A DNA stretch of 63,960 nt, the filler included, from Octopus bimaculoides (lineage: Eukaryota), in assembly GCF_001194135.2 (NCBI RefSeq). It is 7 parts of 6 records of this genome, joined end to end, with 100 filler letters (N's around TTAATTAATTAA, not from the genome) between each part and the next. Parts side by side here need not be neighbours in the genome. Positions count along the whole stretch, not along the records: positions 35,019 to 48,795 come from NC_068983.1; positions 48,896 to 61,242 come from NC_068983.1; 5 more parts are not named here. One strand, written 5' to 3'. Numbering within the stretch: the stretch's first letter is position 1; every line of letters starts with the position of its first letter. The translations under genes were made by a program, and so were the position numbers. Under the pieces are notes generated by a model. The model searched no databases. It worked only from the letters and a program-made list of their open reading frames with translations, and was not told the origin of the DNA. This document shows positions 38,155 through 51,583 of the stretch, one piece after another.

Positions 38155-38220
38155 AGAAAGAGCCGGACTCTAACATAGATTCAAGGCTCCTTCATTGGAA
38201 CTTTTATCAACATCATCTAG
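38155..38220 (+). CDS. Candidate 66-nt internal exon (phase 1-1)
   Basis: tttctgtatttcttgtccatag acceptor, AG|GTATTT donor; only one frame is open: KEPDSNIDSRLLHWNFYQHHL; in phase with exon 25454-25575. Confidence 0.45.
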
Positions 38221-38334
38221 GTATTTGTGCATATGTGTGTGTGTGCAGTATTTGGTGTTAGTGTATGCGCAGATTTGTATGTTTGTTTTATGGATGCGTT
38301 TTTATGTCTAGATGCATGCATATGTATTTATATG

Positions 38335-39180
38335 CTAAATTTTTGGAAAGTTTTACATATCTTTACAGTTCCATTGATGGCTTGAATCTGTAGTCTTCTA
38401 ATCAGCCTTTTTCTTTCAGGTTTTGAGAACCCTAATTTTTCCAGATTTTTGTTGAGGCAGTTCNNNNNNNNNNNNNNNNNNNNNNNNNNNNNNNNNNNNN
38501 NNNNNNNNNNNNNNNNNNNNNNNNNNNNNNNNNNNNNNNNNNNNNNNNNNNNNNNNNNNNNNNNNNNNNNNNNNNNNNNNNNNNNNNNNNNNNNNNNNNN
38601 NNNNNNNNNNNNNNNNNNNNNNNNNNNNNNNNNNNNNNNNNNNNNNNNNNNNNNNNNNNNNNNNNNNNNNNNNNNNNNNNNNNNNNNNNNNNNNNNNNNN
38701 NNNNNNNNNNNNNNNNNNNNNNNNNNNNNNNNNNNNNNNNNNNNNNNNNNNNNNNNNNNNNNNNNNNNNNNNNNNNNNNNNNNNNNNNNNNNNNNNNNNN
38801 NNNNNNNNNNNNNNNNNNNNNNNTTTATTGGGACATTCCACCAATACTCTTTCATATTGTGAGTGGTAATGGCCTCTACCTCATTATGGGTTTTCATCTC
38901 CTTAGTCCCGGGGTTATCCTGTCGGCGGATTTCATTGTACAGTGTCTTGGCCACAACATCATGTCTCATGGGTAGGTAATACCGTGATGACATTTTTGGA
39001 CAGCTGCCAATGATGTGGGTGATATCTTCGATACTGATTCCACAGAGTCTGCATCGATTATTACATTGTGGCGCTTTGCCCGCCTCTCTGTCCCGTTTGT
39101 TTATTAGGAATTTGGTTGCTATTTCTTGTTCTTGAATAGCAAAGGCATACCCTTCAAAGTGAGAGTTGGTGACCCGATGT
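38335..39180 (-). mobile_element. REL-endonuclease-clade (R2/R4/NeSL/CRE group) LINE, 3' part
   Basis: SHFEGYAFAIQEQEIATKFLINKRD..CRLCGISIEDITHIIGSCPKMSSRYYLPMRHDVVAK (CCHC knuckle plus RHD motif); the endonuclease core falls in the gap; ends KICKTFQKFSI*. Confidence 0.9.
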
Positions 39181-40573
39181 ATGTATGTATGTATGTATGT
39201 ATGTATCTACGTACGGATGTGTGAGTGAGTGAGTGGGTGAGTGTGTGTGTGGGTGTGTATGTGTGTCGGCGTGTATGCATGGATGGATAAAATATGGATG
39301 AATGCTTACGCAAACATATATTACATTCACTAACCATTTTTGTGCGTATGCATCTGCACTGTCTATGTTGGCGAATATTAATTATTATTATTTCTCAAAT
39401 GTCTATATGTTTGTCTGCTTACTACGGTGTGCATTTGTGTATACATAACTTGAGAACTCTAGTCTATATATACCGATATATGTACATATACCGATATATA
39501 TATATATATANNNNNNNNNNNNNNNNNNNNNNNNNNNNNNNNNNNNNNNNNNNNNNNNNNNNNNNNNNNNNNNNNNNNNNNNNNNNNNNNNNNNNNNNNN
39601 NNNNNNNNNNNNNNNNNNNNNNNNNNNNNNNNNNNNNNNNNNNNNNNNNNNNNNNNNNNNNNNNNNNNNNNNNNNNNNNNNNNNNNNNNNNNNNNNNNNN
39701 NNNNNNNNNNNNNNNNNNNNNNNNNNNNNNNNNNNNNNNNNNNNNNNNNNNNNNNNNNNNNNNNNNNNNNNNNNNNNNNNNNNNNNNNNNNNNNNNNNNN
39801 NNNNNNNNNNNNNNNNNNNNNNNNNNNNNNNNNNNNNNNNNNNNNNNNNNNNNNNNNNNNNNNNNNNNNNNNNNNNNNNNNNNNNNNNNNNNNNNNNNNN
39901 NNNNNNNNNNNNNNNNNNNNNNNNNNNNNNNNNNNNNNNNNNNNNNNNNNNNNNNNNNNNNNNNNNNNNNNNNNNNNNNNNNNNNNNNNNNNNNNNNNNN
40001 NNNNNNNNNNNNNNNNNNNNNNNNNNNNNNNNNNNNNNNNNNNNNNNNNNNNNNNNNNNNNNNNNNNNNNNNNNNNNNNNNNNNNNNNNNNNNNNNNNNN
40101 NNNNNNNNNNNNNNNNNNNNNNNNNNNNNNNNNNNNNNNNNNNNNNNNNNNNNNNNNNNNNTATATATATATATATGTATATATATCGTTGAATGTCTTA
40201 CGCAAAATTCTCTATTATGTCGGTCACTGATTTCTTCTATAATAATGCATAATAATATACACCTCGGTCCGTTCTTTGATTATAAGTGCCATATGTGCAT
40301 ACTTACATACGTAAATATATATACATACATTTATACATACATAAATAAACGCATACATGCCTGCATATTTACATCTAATCATTGAAATATCCATATATAC
40401 ATGCAAAAGCGTGCGTATGCCCAAGCACACAAAAACGTCTTTATATATTTACTGACTCTAATAAATTCATATGCATTTATTCGTGACCCTCTTTACTCCC
40501 TTTCCCTCCTGCCCTTCCTCCTCCCATACATACATATAATATGCATGAGGGGAAAGAGATTGTGCATATACAC

Positions 40574-40622
<49 letters not shown>

Positions 40623-41659
40623 TGTGTGTGTATGTGTGTATCCATACGCACGTTTAGATATTTACATGTACTCTCTACTCCTAATTTGATACATTTATAT
40701 AAAATATTTCTGAGTTTATTTCCATAAACTAAAATAGTTTCCATGCACAAGAAGATGAAAAACATTTTTGGGGATAATATAAACGTGTATTACCGAATTC
40801 TACGTATATCATATAAATACTCTGTCGGAACGGAAAGCAGAGTATTTCATTTTAATCTATCGTAAAGAATTTCATGCCTTTAATGTTCAGACACAGACAC
40901 ACACACACACACACACACGCATACACACCCACCCACCACGCACATACACACTCACTCACTTATATGTACATACAGTTTTTGTAGTAAGTCAATGTGTGAG
41001 TGATTGACAGAGAAAAACCGAGAGAGAGAGAAAGAGAGAGAGTGGTTATGTATGTATGTATGTATGTATGTATGTATGAATGGCTTCAGTGACAGACCTA
41101 GTGATTCAAAGCTTAAGAGGGCACTAGCATTTTCTTCGTTGGGAAAAGGAAAAGGATAAACAGTATAGACAGTAAACATGGATGATATAGTTATACAATT
41201 TCTTTGGGTTTAGTGACAAACTACTATAGGTGGGGTGTTTCTCTGCTAGCAGACAAGTTTATAATGGAGCAGGGGGAGTATCAACATAAGGCACCTAGAT
41301 GATCCATAAATCAGAAAGAAAAAAAAAATCAGGGACAGTTAGAAATCTGCTTACAGTTATTTACTAGCCTGTATGGTCTGGCTAAGTCAAAATGGTTTTT
41401 TGTATTCTTCCTTTCTACTTGGAGAGTTTAAATGTAGTTATAAAAATATGTCCTGTTGAAATGTAATTTCAGTAAATTTCTATATCTTTGTGCAGCTGAG
41501 GATTGCTCTGCATTTTACATTTGATGTAATGTTCACATTCCTTAATTGAATGGAGTCGCTTGAAACGTTCGTACTGCATTAACTTTGGATACCCTTGTTG
41601 CTTATTTTGATTATATATATATATATACATGGATAGATAGATAGGTAGATAGATAGATA

Positions 41660-42081
<422 letters not shown>

Positions 42082-43771
42082 TATGTATGTAGGTACAGTA
42101 AAATTCTCGCTGTTTCTTCTTGAAGACTTAATTTATTAAATAAATAATCTAGTTTCTTTTAAAAATATTATTGCCTAGGAAGCAAACTTGACTTCATTTT
42201 TGAAATTTACGTTGCCAAAAGCAAAACAGAAGGATTAAAATAGAACAAATAGACAGTGAATGTTAGTGGGAGTAGTGTATTTAGATAGAAAGTGAAAGCG
42301 ATCGATTGTGGGTTAAGTAGAAGAGTTAGCTAGCTAGATAGGCTGGTAGTTATTCAAATTGATAAATATATATTTAGATAAAGAGCGGAAGAAATATAGA
42401 GGAAGAGAGAGAATGGAGAGATAGAGATCTTGCAGAAAAGCAGAGCAGTTTCTCTTGAGGGTAAGTTTCAAAGAAACCATTTTCTTAAAAGTAAAATGAA
42501 ATCATCAAACAACTTTAGGCCTGAATTTTAATGTAATTCTCTTTGGAATAGTAAAATACTTTGATGCTAATATTCGAACGTGTTCTACATGCATACCTGT
42601 GAGAGTAGTATGCCATTGTTGGTTTCATTTGAACATTTTAGCAGAACGAAAGTATTTCTTGACTGAATTAAACAAATTCTGTTCTCATAAATGCAATTAT
42701 GACATGCTAAGAATTTGAGAGCTTTACCCCGAAGCCATAGGAATGAGCAAATCATAACAGTGGAGATGAGCAAATCTTTTAAATTGTGAACAGATTATAG
42801 AAACAATTTGTGCTTTTTTTTCTTTTTTTAATTTCCTATCAACCACAATAAAGCAGACTTATGACTAAAGGCATTCCAGCTAAAACCATTCTGTCTTTTA
42901 GGAATATGTAGCTATACGTTATCTATGTCTAATGCTTGTTTTTTCTTTTCCCAAAGTAGTAAGATATGATTTGGAAGAAATTTGGCGGCCCTTTCTAGCA
43001 GATCATCCTGTCATATTAGTGTTTCCTCGTTGTTTTATCACAAGAATTCGTATTAGAGATTTGTTATTGTTGTTGCTGCGGCAGTTTTTATTGTTTAGAT
43101 CCAAGCCCAATCAAGAAGTTCTACGACTGAAGATACTTCACCCGCCTGTACTCATTACATATTTTTTATATATCAGCCACTATATTGTATAATATATCTT
43201 TCCTTGTTAGAAATAGTAGGGTGTGATTTGAGGCAGATAGAGCTGTTACTTCTAGCAAACCAAGTAAAGGTTTTATTATTTGGTTATTCATTGAAAAACT
43301 TTATAAATTTTAGAGGTAACAAAACGTTACAAGATTAAACTATTCTGATCAGATTAAAGGTGAGAACGGTGAAAAAGAAAGTAAAGAATTTCTGGAAAAG
43401 TTGTGTGGTTGGTATAGAGTGTTGGTAGTAACTGAGAAGTGATTGTCACTAAAGACGACAAGAAGGCCGATAGGTATGCGAGGTGATCTAGAGCTTGATA
43501 GATGACATTTAGCAACATTTACAATATATGCAACATTGTTATGAATAATACTGATCTAAAAGTCGGCACAGGTTGTTTAGTCCTTAGATATACAACTAAA
43601 GCGTTTTGAAACTACGACAGTCTGGCGCGAGTCTGTTTGATTTATAGTAATATAAACAGATACAAATAATTAAGGAGGGAGATTTTGTCATAGTATATTC
43701 AATAACACGACATTTGACTATCGACCATCTTCCGAAAAAAGAGAAAACAATCAAATATAATATTATTCAGC

Positions 43772-43884
43772 AGAGGTTGATTTTTACCTTTCATCCTTTC
43801 GGGGTCGATAAAATAAGTAACAATTGAGCACTCAACTTCCCTCTCTCCCAAAATTAATGGCCTTGAGCCAAAAATTGAAGCCAG
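43772..43884 (+). mobile_element. SINE-A 3' fragment
   Basis: cctttcatcctttcggggtcgataaaataagta...ggccttgagccaaaaattgaa. Confidence 0.8.
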
Positions 43885-44199
43885 TTATATGCAACACTTA
43901 ATATTTTTCCAAAGCATTTTTTCCATTTAGAATTATAATTTAATCAAAATGCTTAGATAGTTCGTCTGAGATTGTTAATTGGAACATTTTGTTAAAAAAG
44001 TCGAGAATTGTAATTGAAGACCAACGCGCTTAAAGTGTTAAAGTTATATTTTCTAACATAGAAAAAAAAGAATGAGTTACCAATAATAAAGTTTGCAATC
44101 AATTTGCTATAACATCGATTTTGTTACCACAAAATGACAGATAATGACAACCACAGCATTCTGTAGTCATTCATTCTATAGTTAAACATCAGGAATCAC

Positions 44200-45000
44200 A
44201 CAATGAAAGGATGAATTGACGCATTTCTAAATGAACAGAGAAACAGGTATACATATTACACTACTCTGTAACAGAAGATTATTGTAATGTGCTCAACATG
44301 GCATTAAAGCAGCAAGACTGAAAAAACAATTGTCAGCTTCAATAATCTTAAAGAACATGAGCAAAGCTAGATTCATAATCATGTTTGAAGCCATAAAGAA
44401 TAGTATCCATAGCGCATCAGAAATTTTCCTACTCATGATAGTCAATATTGCATAGTCAAAAGTAGTATAAATGATACATAGAAATATTTCAGGATTGCAA
44501 AAATGAATAGTTTTAGCTGATGACTACAATCAAGACGCCAAAGAATGTAAAATATACCAGAATATCTTTAACTATGAATATAAGAGTTGGCTTCCCTAAA
44601 AAGGACATATATGACTCCTGGGGGAACAAAATGCAAATTGATATCAAATCTGTATGATAGCTCATGAACAAGTTGAAGTGCAACAAAATAAAGTTAAATA
44701 CGAAGTATACATAAGTAAGGCTGTATATTCTACGTGCAACTAAGTGAAGGGAACAACTGAGGTGACTAAAGATATGATAACTGATTTCGACTCAGCGGGA
44801 CTGCATTTGACTCTGAAAAACAAAACAAAACATAACTCTACCACTAACTAGAGTTGTTCAGAAGTGTAATAAAAACTTTAGACTCATGCTATTTGCATCC
44901 ATTACAATATAAACAAAAGTGCTATCATGTATCTTTACAACGATCATTTTGTTAGAAAAGGCCCCGATTATGTAATATCATGCTTAGATGTATATCTCTC
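44200..45000 (+). pseudogene. Probable heavily decayed hAT transposase (TTF-type zinc-finger region)
   Basis: Across frameshifts reads YSVTEDYC / D*KN / LKEHEQS*IH, resembling YS..D..YC..C..DWKN..L..HE.S..H; downstream motifs are weak. Confidence 0.4.
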
Positions 45001-46332
45001 ATAGTATCTTCACAACATCAGTAAAACCTATGTTTTACACGAGCTGGATGAAAATAACATATAACATTCTTTTCAAGTTATCGTCACTGCAAGCCTGGGC
45101 CAGATTATTATCAACGATCCTATACTAGGCCATAGTATATATACTAGGCCGGCATATTTGTAAAGGGATAAATTACACGGTGGGTGAAATAGCACAAATG
45201 GAATGAGGGAAATAAGAGACAGACGGTTGGACAACTTTTGAGGTTGCAACAGATAGACAAAAACGTGGAGGAGAAACTGTTGAAAAAAATTATTAATATA
45301 AAAGTTTGTGTACAGTGAATTGTACGTCGAAAACAAAGGTATAGGAAAAAGAAGTATACTGATGTTTCGGGAGAAGTCATTATTGGAATAATGCAAGAAA
45401 GAAATATGCAAGATAAAAGAAACAAGAAAGAAACGATACCTGTTTAAAGCCCAACTTTAGAACGTCTGTTAAAAGCATCGACTTGCATAGCAATTCTAGA
45501 ATTCCTATTCAGAAAAGGCGTCTCTCCACTATGTATGTTGTATAACTGTCAGTCAAATCTACTAAACTGAGTGATGCACAAACAACTTTTTAAATATATC
45601 ATCACCTCACCACAGAATGAGTAACATTTTACCAAAGTATTAGGCTAGCGAGGCCGATGTGGAGACAGAAGAAAACTCATTTGAATGCTATTCGTTTATA
45701 GTAATATTCAGTTTTCAATGATCTATTATAGTAGTATTGAAATTGTTTTGCATAATATCACCGTATTTCTTCCGGTGTAGACTTAAATTACCAAGGTACA
45801 GTAAATTTCATCAGTCGAGAAAATTGCTGATTGATAACAATGTACAGAAGTTTAAAAATACGTTTCCTCTAACGTAAAAACGACTGGAGCAATTAGTTGT
45901 ATGGGCATTTGTTTCTTGTAAGTAAATTGAACTATTTATCTTGAGGTCAAGGACAAAATCGATGTGCAATCTGATTTGAATAATCGTTTAAGCATAGAGT
46001 TTTGGTCGTCTTCGTCACTTTTAGAAATGCGGATTTCAGTTTAGTTAGATTAGTTATAACTATTTAGAATTGTAAATAAATTAACAACTGTGAGTACTAG
46101 ATGAAATACTGTTTGTTAAAAACTTTTACAAGCTAGACGAGTTGAGACAAATTGCATTATACAGCACTTGCATTACTCTCTGCATATCATAGCTTTAAAA
46201 AGTGTTTTACTGCATGAGAACTAACTACAGTCAAAGGAAACTCATTGAAGAAGCAACATACGCTATTTCAAGGTATGTCACACCCATAGTTTCAAAGTCC
46301 GTATATTCACATGTAATCATCGTAATAATATT

Positions 46333-46543
46333 GATTTCAAATTTTGGCACAAGGCCAGCAAGTTCGGGAGAGTGGTTAAGTTGATATAATTGACCCCAGT
46401 GCTCAACTGGTACTCATTTTAGCCACTCCGAAACGATTAATGGGAAAAGTCGACCGCGGCGGAATTTGAATTCTGAACGTAAAGATGGACGAAATGCAGA
46501 TGTGCATTTTCCCCCGCAAGCTATCGATTTTGCCAGCTCGCTG
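46333..46543 (-). mobile_element. SINE-A (tail type iii)
   Basis: Core and tail as in other copies. Confidence 0.85.
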
Positions 46544-46707
46544 CGTTAATAACAACAACAACAACAACAATAATAATAATAATGGTGATTTGTTACTGCC
46601 TGCCTTCAAGTAAAGAATAACCGGTAATTAAGAACTATCCGAGTCTTTTAGAATAACAACAACAACAACAACAACAATAATAATAATAATAATAATAATA
46701 ATGACAG

Positions 46708-46920
46708 TCCTTTCTACTATAGGCACAAGGCCTGAAATTTTAGGGGAGGGGATGAAGTCGATTATATCGACCCTACTGCGTAACTGGTACTTAATTTATC
46801 GACCCCGAAACAATGACAGGCAAATTCGACACCGGTGGCATTTCGACTCGTAATGTGAAGACAAACGAAAGCCCGCTAAGCATTTCGCTCAGCGTGCTAA
46901 CGATTCTGCCCGCTCGCCGC
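46708..46920 (-). mobile_element. SINE-A (tail type ii), full head
   Basis: Minus strand starts gcggcgagcgggcagaatcgttagcacgc; (ATT)n tail. Confidence 0.88.
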
Positions 46921-46935
46921 CATACTACTACTACA

Positions 46936-46984
<49 letters not shown>

Positions 46985-47038
46985 ATAATAATAATAATAA
47001 TAGTCAAGACGAAGAGTGCGATTTTAGATGTTTTATTC

Positions 47039-47083
47039 TTTGAACAATATTTCGACAGAACGTCTGTCTTTCTCAAGTTCAAA
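47039..47083 (-). ncRNA. Minimal hammerhead variant (U3-A8 core) at the PLE 3' end
   Basis: Minus strand TTTGAAC-TTGAGAA-a-GACAG(acgtt)CTGTC-GAAA-TATT|GTTCAAA: perfect 7-bp stem I, 5-bp stem II, ATAT palindromic stem III. Confidence 0.7.
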
Positions 47084-48795
47084 CCAAAAGGTGATTGAAA
47101 ATTCAAAATTTCAGAAACCAAACGGAAACTATGAACGAGAGTAANNNNNNNNNNNNNNNNNNNNNNNNNNNNNNNNNNNNNNNNNNNNNNNNNNNNNNNN
47201 NNNNNNNNNNNNNNNNNNNNNNNNNNNNNNNNNNNNNNNNNNNNNNNNNNNNNNNNNNNNNNNNNNNNNNNNNNNNNNNNNNNNNNNNNNNNNNNNNNNN
47301 NNNNNNNNNNNNNNNNNNNNNNNNNNNNNNNNNNNNNNNNNNNNNNNNNNNNNNNNNNNNNNNNNNNNNNNNNNNNNNNNNNNNNNNNNNNNNNNNNNNN
47401 NNNNNNNNNNNNNNNNNNNNNNNNNNNNNNNNNNNNNNNNNNNNNNNNNNNNNNNNNNNNNNNNNNNNNNNNNNNNNNNNNNNNNNNNNNNNNNNNNNNN
47501 NNNNNNNNNNNNNNNNNNNNNNNNNNNNNNNNNNNNNNNNNNNNNNNNNNNNNNNNNNNNNNNNNNNNNNNNNNNNNNNNNNNNNNNNNNNNNNNNNNNN
47601 NNNNNNNNNNNNNNNNNNNNNNNNNNNNNNNNNNNNNNNNNNNNNNNNNNNNNNNNNNNNNNNNNNNNNNNNNNNNNNNNNNNNNNNNNNNNNNNNNNNN
47701 NNNNNNNNNNNNNNTTTGATGGTATTCACTTCACTCATGTTGTTGCACAATGAACAGGGCTTACCTCTCTTGCGGCTGTTCTTTAAGGTACAGCGTGTAG
47801 ATACTCCAATGTTCGTTTTCTTGGATTCAGATATAGAGGTCAATAATTCTTTTATGTTCTTATTCCGTCGAAAGGCTACAATGGGCGGCTGAGGAAATAT
47901 CTGTTTGAAACTGGGATATTTTTTCGCCACATGTTGGTAACTTTCATGCAACACTTTTGAAATGCCAGCGAAACGTCGGTGCCAGTTAATAACTAAAGGA
48001 ATTCTGTAATCTGTTGTATTTTGTTTGCTAAGATTAGGCATTTAGGTTTGACTATCTTTGCTAATCTTAGCTATTTCACTTGCTATTTCCTTTAAACGTG
48101 ATTCACTGTAACCTCGTTTGACATGACATACAAAAGCATTTGCATGTTTCCAGTAATCCCCTATGTCAGTGCAAACCCGTTTTATCTTCAAAAATTGGGA
48201 TTTCGGATTTGACCGAATAAGATGATGTGGATGATCGGAGCGGCGGTGGAGATATATGTGGGATGACGTTGGCTTGCAAAATAACACTGTCATTATTCTA
48301 CCTCTAGAAAACTTGACTTTTGTGTCTAAAAATTCGACGCTAGTTTTTGAAAAAGTAGACGTAAATTTTATGTTGGACTTAAAGCCATAGTTTCTAGCAA
48401 AACAATTACAGAAATGCGAGAAGTCCATTAAACTATCTTGTGATCCTTTCCAGACAAAAAATACGTCGGCAATGAACCGTAACCAGAGTATTGGTTCATG
48501 ACCATGAAGGGATTTGAATGTCTTCAGTAACTTTATCTCAAAATTTGTCATAAAGACATTAGCGAAATTAACTGCCATGGGGGTACCCATGGCGCAACCC
48601 TTCTTCTGGTGGTAGAATCTTTGTCTAAACTGCATTGTGTTACTTTCTAACACAAACCTCAGTAATCTACAGAGCAAATTTGTTCGAACACTTTTATTTG
48701 ACCGCTTTTCAAAGGCATCCATGCATGCTTCTACCCCTTCATTGTGGTCAATATTAGGATATAAGGAAGAAACATCCATGGTTACCAAAAAACAG
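47039..48795 (-). mobile_element. Penelope-like retrotransposon: RT, linker, (GIY-YIG in gap), C-terminal PFGLN
   Basis: MDVSSLYPNI, QKKGCAMGTPMAVNFANVFM, WLRFIADVF (catalytic motif altered), VEFLDT, KPTSSHIYLH, RIPLV; one in-frame TAA at 48042-48044; LNFQSPFGLN left of the gap. Confidence 0.95.
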
Positions 48796-48895
48796 NNNNN
48801 NNNNNNNNNNNNNNNNNNNNNNNNNNNNNNNNNNNNNNNTTAATTAATTAANNNNNNNNNNNNNNNNNNNNNNNNNNNNNNNNNNNNNNNNNNNN
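48796..48895. other. Artificial 100-bp scaffold-join spacer
   Basis: N44-TTAATTAATTAA-N44. Confidence 0.95.
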
Positions 48896-49225
48896 GTCGA
48901 ATCAAATCGACCCCAGGACTTATTCTTTGTAAGCCTAGTACTTATTCTATCGGGTCACTTTTTGCCGAACCGCTAAGTTACGGGGACGTGAACACACCAG
49001 CATCGGTTGTCAAGCGATGCTGGGGGGGGGGACACAGACACACAAACACAGACGCACAAACACATACATATATATACATATATACGACGGACTTCTTCCA
49101 GTTTCCGTCTACCAAATCCACTCACAAGGCTTTGGTCGGCCCGAGGCTATAGTAGAAGACACCTGCCCAAGGTGCCACGCAGTGGGACTGAACCCGGAAG
49201 CTACTTACCACACAGCCACTCCGTG
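48896..49225 (-). mobile_element. SINE-B, near full length
   Basis: Head gagtggctgtgtggtaagtagctt..ccgggttcagtcccactgcgtggcaccttgggcaggtgtcttctactatagcc on the minus strand. Confidence 0.9.
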
Positions 49226-49289
49226 TACATATATATATATATATATATATACACAACTATATATATACATATATATCTANNNNNNNNNN

Positions 49290-49332
<43 letters not shown>

Positions 49333-49519
49333 TTTATATACAAATACACATATATATATACATATATATACATACATATATCTGTATATATACATATATA
49401 TATATACACACACATATCAATATACATATACATATATATATGTCCACATAGATCTATACATAGAGGCTTATGAATACACGTGTACATGCATATACATACA
49501 TGTGCATGTACATTCATAC

Positions 49520-49578
<59 letters not shown>

Positions 49579-51583
49579 TATATAAATGTATACACACGCA
49601 CACACACACTCACACATATACGTATATAAATATGAGTAAGTACATACGTATACATATGTGTATATTTGCGGGAGATCTGACTGGCATCTCAAGCAAATGG
49701 AGTTATAATATAAAGACTTTTTGACAACATTCAGAGAAGGAGAGGGAGAAAGAGAGAGAGAGAGGGAGAGGTGGAGAGAGAAGAACGAAAAAGAAAACTG
49801 GCGACGGAGCAAGATGGGAGAAAATTACATTATTTGATTAGACAAGCTATAATTATGTAGATTTCTTTTTCGTTTTTTTTTATTGCATCTTTTTATATTT
49901 CCTTGCATTTGGAGGGAAAAAAACAGATGTCTGAATTCAGTCAACCGAGATTAAACATTGTCAACAAATGCCAAAACTTATAGTAGGAAGAACCATAACA
50001 ACAAGAGGGACAGCAACAATATCAACAACAACAACAACAATAATAATAGTGATAATCAACACCAATAGCAGATCTAAATATATATCTGTACATGTGTGTG
50101 TGTGTATGTATGTATGTATATGTATATATATATATATATATATATNNNNNNNNNNNNNNNNNNNNNNNNNNNNNNNNNNNNNNNNNNNNNNNNNNNNNNN
50201 NNNNNNNNNNNNNNNNNNNNNNNNNNNNNNNNNNNNNNNNNNNNNNNNNNNNNNNNNNNNNNNNNNNNNNNNNNNNNNNNNNNNNNNNNNNNNNNNNNNN
50301 NNNNNNNNNNNNNNNNNNNNNNNNNNNNNNNNNNNNNNNNNNNNNNNNNNNNNNNNNNNNNNNNNNNNNNNNNNNNNNNNNNNNNNNNNNNNNNNNNNNN
50401 NNNNNNNNNNNNNNNNNNNNNNNNNNNNNNNNNNNNNNNNNNNNNNNNNNNNNNNNNNNNNNNNNNNNNNNNNNNNNNNNNNNNNNNNNNNNNNNNNNNN
50501 NNNNNNNNNNNNNNNNNNNNNNNNNNNNNNNNNNNNNNNNNNNNNNNNNNNNNNNNNNNNNNNNNNNNNNNNNNNNNNNNNNNNNNNNNNNNNNNNNNNN
50601 NNNNNNNNNNNNNNNNNNNNNNNNNNNNNNNNNNNNNNNNNNNNNNNNNNNNNNNNNNNNNNNNNNNNNNNNNNNNNNNNNNNNNNNNNNNNNNNNNNNN
50701 NNNNNNNNNNNNNNNNNNNNNNNNNNNNNNNNNNNNNNNNNNNNNNNNNNNNNNNNNNNNNNNNNNNNNNNNNNNNNNNNNNNNNNNNNNNNNNNNNNNN
50801 NNNNNNNNNNNNNNNNNNNNNNNNNNNNNNNNNNNNNNNNNNNNNNNNNNNNNNNNNNNNNNNNNNNNNNNNNNNNNNNNNNNNNNNNNNNNNNNNNNNN
50901 NNNNNNNNNNNNNNNNNNNNNNNNNNNNNNNNNNNNNNNNNNNNNNNATATATATATATATATATATACATATATATATACATATACTTATGCAAACATA
51001 TATATAAAATAGGCACAGATATTGGTCTACATTCGTACATACATACATACATACATATTGTATTTTGTTTGCAAAATTCTTGAAGTGATTTTGAAAATTC
51101 GTGCGCTGAAATAACTTTGTCGTGTCTTGGGTGGGACAATACATCAATAATAGCAACACACACACACAGGTTCAATTCCACTGCTGTATTGTTAGTCGAT
51201 TGGTTAAACACCTAATCAGCTAACCAATCGATCGTTGGTTTAAAACAATTCCTGCTGGTTAAAAAGAATCAACCGGTTGTTTATTAATCAAAGTTCTTTC
51301 GTCGCTGTTCGCAACCTTTTTAGTTATTCAGTAGTGTCTTTCTCTCTTCAAGATCTGCTCTACGTCTATCTGTGAATTGGTCTTATGTTTTTGCGTACGC
51401 ATGCTTGTATGTGTGTGTGTGTTGATATGGGTTTACTTAGAAGAAGAGTTAAAGGTGAGAGTAAACCAAAGATTTGAGGGAAGTTGCAAGAGATAGATCT
51501 CCTCTTCTAAGCAGCGAGAAGCAATGGCCAAATTTCTCTCCAAGCATATCCTACAGTCTTATCGAAAAAATATTAGGTAATAG

